Shown here: piece after piece, positions 34,646-41,223 of the stretch
Position numbering within the stretch: the stretch's first letter is position 1
How the letters are laid out: the number at the start of each line of letters is the position of its first letter
Assembly: GCA_964356875.1 (NCBI GenBank)
Contig: CAYHIX010000001.1
Span: 1 to 41,223, forward strand
Length of the DNA: 41,223 nt
Source of the DNA: an uncultured Candidatus Saccharibacteria bacterium
Lineage (GTDB): Bacteria; Patescibacteriota; Minisyncoccia; Phycocordibacterales; UBA9973
Direction: 5' to 3'
Translations under genes and position numbers: made by a program
Notes under the pieces: model-generated
What the model was told of the DNA's origin: nothing
The model's database searches: none
The model's input: the letters and a program-made list of their open reading frames with translations, nothing else

Positions 34646-35194
34646 ATGAATCCTGAAAACGTACATTATCTAAATGTTTTTCTCGGCACTGGAGCTATTT
34701 TCCTGCAATTTTTTTCCGTTATAGCTTTGTTCTTGCTTTTTTTTGGACCAAAGAAGAATGCATACTTGGATTTCATTCATGAGCATTCTCTACACCTGGG
34801 GTTTATCATTGCTTTCATGGCGTCTATATTTTCTCTAGTCTATTCTGATATTATAGGTTTCTTACCATGTTACTTTTGTTGGTATCAAAGAATATTTACC
34901 ATTCCTCTTGTATTTATATTTGGAATGGCGGCATGGATGAAAGATAAAAAGGCGATCGTGTATACTATACCGATGTTGCTTATAGGTTTTGTAATATCTG
35001 TGTATCAAAACTTTATCTATTACTTCGGAGGTGATGCTTCAAATCTACCTTGTGATGCTTCAGGAGTATCTTGCTACAAACAATATATATCAGAATTCGG
35101 CGGATACATATCTATACCGATGCTAGCTCTCACTACTTTCTTTGCAATTCTTACGATAGTTTTAGTGGCACATTTTTACAAACGAAATAATTAA
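34646..35194 (+). CDS. Disulfide bond formation protein, DsbB/BdbC family
   Basis: 182 aa. LPCYFCWYQRIFTIPL and a second Cys pair PCDASGVSC, then ISIPMLAL, match the Bacillus BdbC layout. Carries an extra N-terminal TM. Confidence 0.88.
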   Translation: MNPENVHYLNVFLGTGAIFLQFFSVIALFLLFFGPKKNAYLDFIHEHSLHLGFIIAFMASIFSLVYSDIIGFLPCYFCWYQRIFTIPLVFIFGMAAWMKDKKAIVYTIPMLLIGFVISVYQNFIYYFGGDASNLPCDASGVSCYKQYISEFGGYISIPMLALTTFFAILTIVLVAHFYKRNN

Positions 35195-35203
35195 AATAAA
35201 AAT

Positions 35204-35902
35204 ATGAAGAAATATTTATGGCTTGTTTTTATAGTTATAGTTTTAGTCGGCTTAAGCATAATGCTTTTCCAGATATATAGAGGTGACAGGATAGATCAAT
35301 ATGCTCCAGTAGTTTCAAACACAGAAGGGCAAGTAGATCAAAATATAAATCCGGAAGTGACAGGAGCAGATGAAACAACACCAATTAATAGCTTAGATAA
35401 TAAAAAAGTCATGAACGCAACACTAAAAACAAACAAAGGAGATATTAAAATAGAATTTTTCGCTACTGATGCACCAAAGACAGTAGAAAACTTTACCAAG
35501 CTTGCGAGTAGTTCTTTCTACAACGGCGTTAGGTTTCATAGAGTTATCAAAGGCTTTATGATCCAAGGCGGGGATCCATTATCAAAAGATGATTCTAAGG
35601 CTTCCATGTGGGGCACAGGAGGTCCAGGGTACAAGTTTGCAGATGAAATAGATGCAAATAGTGATCTTTACACAAAGGTGGGCTACAAGAAGGGTATAGT
35701 CGCTATGGCGAACTCAGGACCAAATACAAATGGTAGTCAATTCTTTATAATGCATGCAGATTATCCATTACCACCTCTTTATACTATTTTCGGTAAAGTT
35801 GTAGCTGGTCAATCTGTAGTAGATGCTATAGCTCTAGTCAAAACAGGACCAAATGATAGACCACTAGATCCGATAACTATAGAAAGTATTACATTAGAAT
35901 AA
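35204..35902 (+). CDS. Membrane-anchored cyclophilin-type peptidyl-prolyl isomerase
   Basis: 232 aa with an N-terminal TM, FHRVIKGFMIQGGDP and NSGPNTNGSQFFI. Confidence 0.93.
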   Translation: MKKYLWLVFIVIVLVGLSIMLFQIYRGDRIDQYAPVVSNTEGQVDQNINPEVTGADETTPINSLDNKKVMNATLKTNKGDIKIEFFATDAPKTVENFTKLASSSFYNGVRFHRVIKGFMIQGGDPLSKDDSKASMWGTGGPGYKFADEIDANSDLYTKVGYKKGIVAMANSGPNTNGSQFFIMHADYPLPPLYTIFGKVVAGQSVVDAIALVKTGPNDRPLDPITIESITLE

Positions 35903-35903
35903 T

Positions 35904-36188
35904 ATGATTGATCCAAAAAAAATAGATATAAATCAGTTACCAAAGAAGTTTTGCGATGGAGCTATAGGCTCTCATGCAAAAGAAGTTTTTTATTTTACTT
36001 TTACTTCTGGTAATAATCTTGATTCTTATGCTGCCACTCCTCAGACCATGAAAAGTATTTCACTATGGATACAAGGCCAGGTCCAGAAATACGAACAAAC
36101 CTTTGGAGAGATAGACATGACTCCACCTCCAATATCTAGCCCTATTCAAATGGCAGACTTAAACAAACCTAATAGTGACAAGAAATAG
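35904..36188 (+). CDS. Hypothetical protein (DUF3467-like by eye)
   Basis: 94-aa ORF starting 1 nt after the PPIase gene. Confidence 0.55.
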   Translation: MIDPKKIDINQLPKKFCDGAIGSHAKEVFYFTFTSGNNLDSYAATPQTMKSISLWIQGQVQKYEQTFGEIDMTPPPISSPIQMADLNKPNSDKK

Positions 36189-36189
36189 T

Positions 36190-36675
36190 ATGCTTCGACA
36201 CAAGATAATCGTATTGTTATTGTTTCTAGGATTTTTATTCTTTTTTGGTTTTTTAGCTACTTATTCAAAAATTAAAAAAGATACACCAGATCTACTCACA
36301 GAAGAGCAAATCATACCAATACAAGAAAACCCGGTTTTGATAGTAAATGATCCAATATTAGTTACAAATAACACTCGTCCTACATCTTTGTTTAATACTG
36401 TCGTTACGCTTTCTCTAAATTCTCAGGTTGTATTTTCCGATGGTCTTACTGTAACACTGAAAGAAATAAATGATTCTCGTTGCCCCAAGGATGTGCAGTG
36501 CGTTTGGGCTGGGGAACTCTCGGGAGTCTTGGTTCTTTCTGGTGATAACACCAGCGCTACCCAAGAAATTCGTCTCAGTACTGTAGTAAATAAAACTGTG
36601 AACGTAGGGCAATATACGTTTACTATTAAAGACGCTACTGTAGCCAGTCTGGATTTCTCTGTATCTAAACAATAA
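36190..36675 (+). CDS. Membrane-anchored hypothetical protein with a Cys-pair module
   Basis: ATG 36190 (MLRHKIIVLLLFLGF) avoids overlap with the upstream gene. Carries the motif NDSRCPKDVQCVWAGE. Confidence 0.55.
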   Translation: MLRHKIIVLLLFLGFLFFFGFLATYSKIKKDTPDLLTEEQIIPIQENPVLIVNDPILVTNNTRPTSLFNTVVTLSLNSQVVFSDGLTVTLKEINDSRCPKDVQCVWAGELSGVLVLSGDNTSATQEIRLSTVVNKTVNVGQYTFTIKDATVASLDFSVSKQ

Positions 36676-36690
36676 TTATAATATACATAT

Positions 36691-37308
36691 ATGTTAGCAT
36701 TTACTAAAAAAGAAAAAATGCTGATGAGAAAGTTGAATACACCGGCGAAGGTGCAGGATTTTCTAAATAGCCTCAAGTTTAATTTTGAAAAAAATGATAA
36801 TACAGAAGAACAGACTATCAAATCACCCATTCGCACTTTGCGGGATAGAAGAGCACACTGCTTCGAAGGTGCTCTTCTCGGCGCATATATTCTATCTCTT
36901 CATGGCTTTAAACCTTACTTACTTCATTTAAAGACTACGAAAGAAGATTTAGATCACGTGATCACTCCTTTTAGAGTCGGCAAGTATTGGGGAGCACTAT
37001 CAAAGACTAATCACCCAGTTCTTCGTTACCGCGAACCGATTTATAAAAATATCCGTGAGCTAGTGATGACTTATTTTCATGAATATTATTTAAACAATGG
37101 TAACAAAACCTTTCGTAGTTATACCCAGCCACTTTCCTTAAAACAGTTCAATGGATGGGAGACGAGCGAGGAAGATCTGTGGAATATAGATGAAGCTCTT
37201 GATCGGATGAAGAATTATGACATCGTCCCAAAGTCTCACGTCAAAAAACTACGTAAAGCAGACAAAATAGAGATAAAATCTGGTAAAATAGTGGAGTATA
37301 AGAAATAA
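36691..37308 (+). CDS. Hypothetical protein with a possible Cys-His-Asp (transglutaminase/papain-like) core
   Basis: 205 aa with RRAHCFEGALLGAYIL...LDHVITPF. TATAAT at 36677..36682 lies 8 nt upstream. Confidence 0.55.
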   Translation: MLAFTKKEKMLMRKLNTPAKVQDFLNSLKFNFEKNDNTEEQTIKSPIRTLRDRRAHCFEGALLGAYILSLHGFKPYLLHLKTTKEDLDHVITPFRVGKYWGALSKTNHPVLRYREPIYKNIRELVMTYFHEYYLNNGNKTFRSYTQPLSLKQFNGWETSEEDLWNIDEALDRMKNYDIVPKSHVKKLRKADKIEIKSGKIVEYKK

Positions 37309-37372
37309 GTCAAGATTGCGGATAAATTGCGCCCGGGTTAATATTAGGTATTATTATTTAACTAAATAAACT

Positions 37373-37762
37373 ATGGAGTACTTATTTGTGTTGGGTAGAA
37401 TTTTATTAGGAGGGTATTTTATAATGAGTGGTGCAAACCATTTCAAGCATCTTGCAAACTTTACGCACTATGCAAAATCAAAAGGTGTGCCGATGCCTCG
37501 TGAAGCTGTGATGCTAAGTGGACTTATGCTTATCTTGGGTGGTTTAGGTATTTTGCTTGGAGTATATGTAGAATTTGCAGTGTTACTACTTTCTGTTTTC
37601 TTAGTGGTTACTACTATGCAAATGCACCAGTTCTGGAAAATTGAAGACCAGATGACTCGCATGGGTGAAGAGATAAACTTTAAAAAGAATCTAGCACTAC
37701 TTGGAGGAGTTTTGATGATACTTGCTATACCTCTACCATGGGCTGTTTCTCTAATGCTTTAA
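37373..37762 (+). CDS. DoxX-family membrane protein
   Basis: 129 aa with 4 TM segments and LGRILLGGYFIMSGANHF. Confidence 0.78.
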   Translation: MEYLFVLGRILLGGYFIMSGANHFKHLANFTHYAKSKGVPMPREAVMLSGLMLILGGLGILLGVYVEFAVLLLSVFLVVTTMQMHQFWKIEDQMTRMGEEINFKKNLALLGGVLMILAIPLPWAVSLML

Positions 37763-37766
37763 TTAG

Positions 37767-39563
37767 TTAAAAAAGAAAACCTAAAATTTTTGAAAACCAA
37801 CTTTTCTCCACGGGCTTTTCTTCCGTTATGCTTACAGGTTCTACTAGGGGAAGAGCGGGTTTATCATCAATAGCTTTTATAGGAGTCGCAGTTAATATCT
37901 TATTAACTGCGATTTTCTTTTTGGGAATTTCTTTAACAACTTTATTTACCACAGGTGTTGTTGGCTTTTCAAATTTCTGTAAAGTTTCGCCCCATGTTTT
38001 TCCTGAATATGACTTGATAGTATATGTGGTTTGCCAGATCTTATTTTTAAGGTTTTCTTCTTTTATACCTCCATCTGTATCTTGCTTAGATGCTAAGTAA
38101 TCAAGTGGAGTAAGTTCTCCTTTCTTCCAATCTTCAGGCTTTTCATTTAGTCCTATAATACCTTCAATAGCCCATGCAGTAGATGAAACATTACCGAAAC
38201 CACCGTCTTCTTTTTGGCTCTTTTTCAAGAATTCTTTTCCTTTTTCTATAGCTTTCTTAGTATTTTCTCCACTATCTAAAGTCGATAAGATTTGGATAGT
38301 GGCCCCAGTCATATCAATACTCTCATCCCAAGACCCGTTTTCTTTTTGTCTACTTAACACAAAGTTCATACTTTCTTTTACCATGTTATCTTCTAGACTA
38401 AATCCGGCATTTTTTAATACCAAGAGCGCAAAGATGTCATCATTATCTTCTTTTATATCTCCAAACTGTTTACCGTCAAAAGCAGAAGTTATCTTCTCTA
38501 TATAGTTTAGTCCATTTGTATTGTATGGATTAAGCCCAACTGCCATGAGAGCCATAGCATGCCTTTCATAGTCTGTCAGTAGATCACCTGCTGGCTTGTG
38601 TTCATTTAAATATTTTATTAATTTTATTGTTGCTTGGGTATGATTACCAGAAGCTAGAGTGATGGCTGCCCAGTCTGTGTACATGTCTTCACCAAATGAC
38701 CCATCATCTTTTTGTTGTGAGATTAGAAATTCAAATGCTTTTGCAACATCAAACTTTAATTTTGTTGTAGCGCCCAAAACCTCTCCAGCCTTATTTGCAC
38801 TAGAGTTGCTGCTGCTACTTCCACCACCGCTAGATACAGGCGCAGGAGTAGTTATTGTTAAAGGTTCAGTAGGGAAATAATAATCTTCCTTTACTCCTAC
38901 ATTATAAGAACCAGCTGTAATAGAGGGGAACATCGCTTGTCCATTTGCATCCACTGCGCTTGTGGTTACTTCAGTTGGGCTAAATGGATCACTTGGGTTA
39001 GGCTGAGTCAGCCCCACAGTAACGCCTGTCCTAGTGGTCCAGGAATTGTTCTCGTAGTCGTAGTTTTGAGTAGTGACAGTCAGGGTGTCATTTGTGCTGA
39101 TGTCTGAAGAACTTAGGAGTATCTTGGTCTGTGATCCGAAGTATATATATACATTTTCTCCACCACTTAAAATACTCTGATCAATACTAGAGAAAGGATA
39201 TGATCCGTTTACTACATACTGCCAGTTGTCGCAATCTTCACCAAAAGTGCTTTCTAAACATTTTAAATAAAAAGCCCCAAAAGAATCATAATATTGGAGA
39301 GATGAAATACTCCAAGTATCATCGAGAGAGTCTGCCTGGGTTAGAAGTGACAGCACGCTTTGATTATTTACTGAATGCGGGGTACCAGTATTGTCTTCTA
39401 TGTCTACAGCGCCCGAGGCTCCAAGCGGGACTTCTCCTGAAAAGATAATATTTGAACCACTTCTGACAGTGAGTGCTACTGTAGGATCTTCGGCATAAGA
39501 AACTTTAGTAAATCCAGTTAGTAATATTGCGAGCACTACTAAAACTTTTATTGTATTTTTCAT
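37767..39563 (-). CDS. Secreted multidomain protein: DUF4430-like beta domain, Ig-like domain, Ser/Gly linker and a prenyltransferase/terpene-cyclase-like alpha/alpha toroid (transcobalamin-like parts list)
   Basis: 598 aa with signal peptide MKNTIKVLVVLAILLTGFTKVSYA. NWQYVVNGSYPFSSIDQSILSGGENVYIYFG is DUF4430-like. Four Q-x-x-DG-[SG]-[FW]-type repeats are present (SQQKDDGSFG, SRQKENGSWD, KSQKEDGGFG, SKQDTDGGI). Second gene of the riboswitch-led operon. Confidence 0.85.
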   Translation of the reverse strand: MKNTIKVLVVLAILLTGFTKVSYAEDPTVALTVRSGSNIIFSGEVPLGASGAVDIEDNTGTPHSVNNQSVLSLLTQADSLDDTWSISSLQYYDSFGAFYLKCLESTFGEDCDNWQYVVNGSYPFSSIDQSILSGGENVYIYFGSQTKILLSSSDISTNDTLTVTTQNYDYENNSWTTRTGVTVGLTQPNPSDPFSPTEVTTSAVDANGQAMFPSITAGSYNVGVKEDYYFPTEPLTITTPAPVSSGGGSSSSNSSANKAGEVLGATTKLKFDVAKAFEFLISQQKDDGSFGEDMYTDWAAITLASGNHTQATIKLIKYLNEHKPAGDLLTDYERHAMALMAVGLNPYNTNGLNYIEKITSAFDGKQFGDIKEDNDDIFALLVLKNAGFSLEDNMVKESMNFVLSRQKENGSWDESIDMTGATIQILSTLDSGENTKKAIEKGKEFLKKSQKEDGGFGNVSSTAWAIEGIIGLNEKPEDWKKGELTPLDYLASKQDTDGGIKEENLKNKIWQTTYTIKSYSGKTWGETLQKFEKPTTPVVNKVVKEIPKKKIAVNKILTATPIKAIDDKPALPLVEPVSITEEKPVEKSWFSKILGFLF

Positions 39564-39570
39564 AATATTT

Positions 39571-40047
39571 TTAATTTATTTCGTCTTCGTATTTCCAAGA
39601 GACGACATCACCTTCTTTTATTTTATAATTTGAAACCCCGATCTCTGCTTTTTTACCGTTTACATAATAAATCCAATACTTATTACCATCACTCCTCACT
39701 CCATTTATTTCCTCTATGAACTGACCTATGCCTATAAAATTCTTTTCTTTGAACTTAATTTGTCCTCGCTTTCGAAGAGTACTCATAAAATTGTAAACAT
39801 TTTCACCTTCCTTAATTTCTCCTTTTAGTGTTACTCCATTTATCTCTAGTCTTGCCTCATTTGCTTCGTCTGTATAAATTTTCTTTACTACTTCTGTTTC
39901 TGTGTTTATCTCGTTTACTTCTGTTGGGGGAGAAATACTATAGCCTTTCCCTGCATTATCCTTTTTAGTAAAAAACAAACCACTAAATACTAATAATATA
40001 ATTAAGGCAGAAGCTAGGATTATGGTGTTTTTATCTTTTTTTAACAT
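39571..40047 (-). CDS. Membrane-anchored DUF4430-like (transcobalamin beta-domain-like) protein
   Basis: 158 aa with an N-terminal TM. C-terminal KYWIYYVNGKKAEIGVSNYKIKEGDVVSWKY matches the DUF4430 pattern W-x-Y-x-VNG...G...Y...GD.I.W.Y. First gene after the riboswitch. Confidence 0.8.
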   Translation of the reverse strand: MLKKDKNTIILASALIILLVFSGLFFTKKDNAGKGYSISPPTEVNEINTETEVVKKIYTDEANEARLEINGVTLKGEIKEGENVYNFMSTLRKRGQIKFKEKNFIGIGQFIEEINGVRSDGNKYWIYYVNGKKAEIGVSNYKIKEGDVVSWKYEDEIN

Positions 40048-40058
40048 TTTTAATAATC

Positions 40059-40155
40059 CCTGCCTTTTGAATTCATGAATTCAAAAGGCAGGATACAGAA
40101 AATTATAATCACTACGTTCATTAATTTCAATAAAAAATTCTGCCTTTTAGCAGAA
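40059..40155 (-). promoter_or_regulatory. Riboswitch expression platform: perfect 34-nt palindromic hairpin next to the start codon plus an upstream competing hairpin and U-run
   Basis: 40059..40092 is CCTGCCTTTTGAATTC-AT-GAATTCAAAAGGCAGG, and its 3' arm (minus-strand sense) ends 11 nt before AUG 40047. A second AAAAGGCAG copy lies at 40141..40149 inside UUCUGC-UAAAAG-GCAGAA followed by U6. Confidence 0.6.
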
Positions 40156-40210
40156 TGAGTAGACCTTGGAATGGATTTCGAAGGGCTTATCCTGCTCGGG
40201 ACTAATAAAA

Positions 40211-40305
40211 TAATTGGTAGTCGGACTTGTCTCTCGTCTTATAAAATATAGACCAGAGCTTACCGTAGCGGCACTGTACTGGAATCAAACCAGTTTCCCC
40301 AATTA
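40211..40305 (-). ncRNA. Cobalamin riboswitch aptamer (short, class-II / AdoCbl-variant-like architecture)
   Basis: Minus-strand RNA: P1 UAAUUGG...CCAAUUA, then GGGGAAAC, hairpin CUGG-UUUGAUU-CCAG, GUGCCGCUACGGUAAGC, a short hairpin, and a B12-box-like AAGUCCGACUACC. The order and sequence match the conserved cobalamin riboswitch core. No long P6 extension or GCCACUG element. Confidence 0.8.
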
Positions 40306-40356
40306 CTTCTTTGAATTTTCTAATGAACTCCGTATAGTATATACTTACTATAATCT

Positions 40357-40809
40357 ATGTCAAAAAACGCTGTGGAAAAGAAAATAAAACCAGTAAAGAT
40401 CATGATTTTTGGGACTTTTGATGGTATACACAAAGGTCATATGAATTTCTTTAAGCAAGCGCGAGATCTCTCCAAAACCCCATATCTGATAGTCTCAATC
40501 GCGAGAGATAAGAACGTTAAAAAAATAAAAGGTAAATCCCCAATAAAAAATGAGAAAGAAAGGGAAGAGCTAGTAAGAAAAATCAAAATAGTAGATAAAG
40601 TTATTTTATCTGGTCTTACAAATCACATTCCACACATAGTAAAAGAAACTCCAGACATCATCGCTCTTGGTTACGACCAAGTAGAATACATAAAAAATCT
40701 TAAAAAAGATCTGAAAGAGAAAAAGCTTAGCCCAAAAATAATACGACTAAAGCCTTATAAAGAACATATATATAAAAATACTTTATTAAAAAAACTAGCC
40801 ACAAAATAG
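40357..40809 (+). CDS. HxGH-type nucleotidyltransferase (cytidylyltransferase-like; possibly an FMN adenylyltransferase-type enzyme)
   Basis: 150 aa. IMIFGTFDGIHKGHMNFF is the (H/T)xGH motif of the nucleotidyltransferase alpha/beta phosphodiesterase superfamily. Substrate not assignable. Confidence 0.72.
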   Translation: MSKNAVEKKIKPVKIMIFGTFDGIHKGHMNFFKQARDLSKTPYLIVSIARDKNVKKIKGKSPIKNEKEREELVRKIKIVDKVILSGLTNHIPHIVKETPDIIALGYDQVEYIKNLKKDLKEKKLSPKIIRLKPYKEHIYKNTLLKKLATK

Positions 40810-40841
40810 AGTTTAGATAACTAAGGAGCCACTATAAGCTA

Positions 40842-40870
40842 TTGACAAAGTCTTATTTACGTGCTAATCT
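40842..40870 (+). promoter_or_regulatory. Canonical sigma-70 promoter: TTGACA, 17-nt spacer, TAATCT with TGc extension
   Basis: TTGACA at 40842..40847 and TGcTAATCT at 40862..40870. This would give an approximately 80-nt leader before ATG 40959. Confidence 0.55.
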
Positions 40871-40958
40871 GTACTTAGAATAAATTCTCCAGATACAAGA
40901 CTTACTCAATATGTCAAAAGACGAGTAGGCAAGAAACTAGGAGAAAGGAGATTGAAAA

Positions 40959-41223
40959 ATGAAAAATTTAATAGTTATAGTAATCTTTTTGGTTTTGTTT
41001 TTAGTTGGATGTGGTTCGGAAGGTCAAAAATCTACCATTGTCACACCAACTCCAGTAACATTCGCTTCCGCTACAGTTACTCCAAGGAAAATTTCCCGAG
41101 CAACTGTAACAGTAGAGGAAATCGCAAGGATCACTGATCCAAACGAGGCTCGAAAGGTCTATTACGATAATGACGTAGATGAAATTGAATCAGTCGCCAA
41201 GGCGAAGTGGATCGAGTTGATGA
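40959..41223 (+). CDS. Lipoprotein, 5' part (runs off the window)
   Basis: AGGAG lies 7 nt upstream. MKNLIVIVIFLVLFLVGCGSEGQ has a signal peptide with the lipobox LVGC. Open to the window end. Preferred over the overlapping TTG-started ORF 40952..41137. Confidence 0.7.
   Translation, partial: MKNLIVIVIFLVLFLVGCGSEGQKSTIVTPTPVTFASATVTPRKISRATVTVEEIARITDPNEARKVYYDNDVDEIESVAKAKWIELM

Noticed and set aside
36423-36836. 137-aa minus-strand ORF spanning the 36190..36675 / 36691..37308 junction.
   Set aside because: It is antisense to two plus-strand genes that have sensible N-terminal anchor and promoter features, and it has no supporting signals.
40059-40092. The perfect 34-nt palindrome was considered as a transposon end or a protein operator.
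   Set aside because: It is a single copy directly between the riboswitch aptamer and the start codon, and it shares its arm sequence with the aptamer-proximal hairpin. It is best explained as the riboswitch expression platform.
40952-41137. TTG-started 61-aa ORF from the ORF track.
   Set aside because: The overlapping ATG 40959 frame has an AGGAG SD at ideal spacing and a signal peptide with lipobox, and it stays open to the window end.
1-41223. Scanned for CRISPR arrays, rRNA, tmRNA, RNase P/SRP RNAs, IS elements, reverse transcriptase/DGR repeats and toxin-antitoxin pairs.
   Set aside because: No spaced direct repeats, transposase/RT/integrase ORFs or conserved RNA cores were recognised by eye. 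The absence of small ncRNAs cannot be proven without covariance-model searches.

Overview
AT-rich bacterial chromosomal segment that looks like a small-genome Patescibacteria/CPR-type organism. That placement is inferred from gene content: many short membrane-anchored hypotheticals, a type IV pilin, a cupredoxin, an ECF sigma with a membrane partner, and a class II RNR. The standard genetic code applies, since an RF2 gene is present and ORFs read cleanly with TGA as stop. Housekeeping content: smpB, ftsH, recG, prfB-ftsE-ftsX, pyrG, a two-component system, an ABC exporter and six tRNAs (Ile-UAU, Met-CAU, Asp-GUC, Thr-GGU, Thr-CGU, Gln-CUG). No rRNA, CRISPR array, integrase or transposase was seen. 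Most interesting is cobalamin-related content at both ends. (i) A short class-II-like cobalamin riboswitch on the minus strand (aptamer 40305..40211) has a palindromic expression platform. It controls a two-gene operon (40047..37767) of signal-peptide or membrane-anchored proteins built from transcobalamin-like modules, a candidate extracellular corrinoid-capture system. (ii) An operon at 2758..6351 joins an S-component-like 6-TM protein, B12-dependent ribonucleotide reductase NrdJ and a PduO-type adenosyltransferase. Other observations follow. About 18 genes have a -10 element 6-8 nt from the start codon, implying leaderless mRNAs. The tRNA-Ile(UAU) overlaps the ftsH stop codon. A domain-1-reduced RF2 starts 1 nt after a tRNA. 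Two unannotated paralogous 53/56-aa membrane micro-proteins were found. A PRTase-like gene is split at a T7 homopolymer. A DsbB/BdbC-type oxidase is paired with a VKOR-type thioredoxin domain. All family names come from motif recognition by eye and need HMM or covariance-model confirmation.
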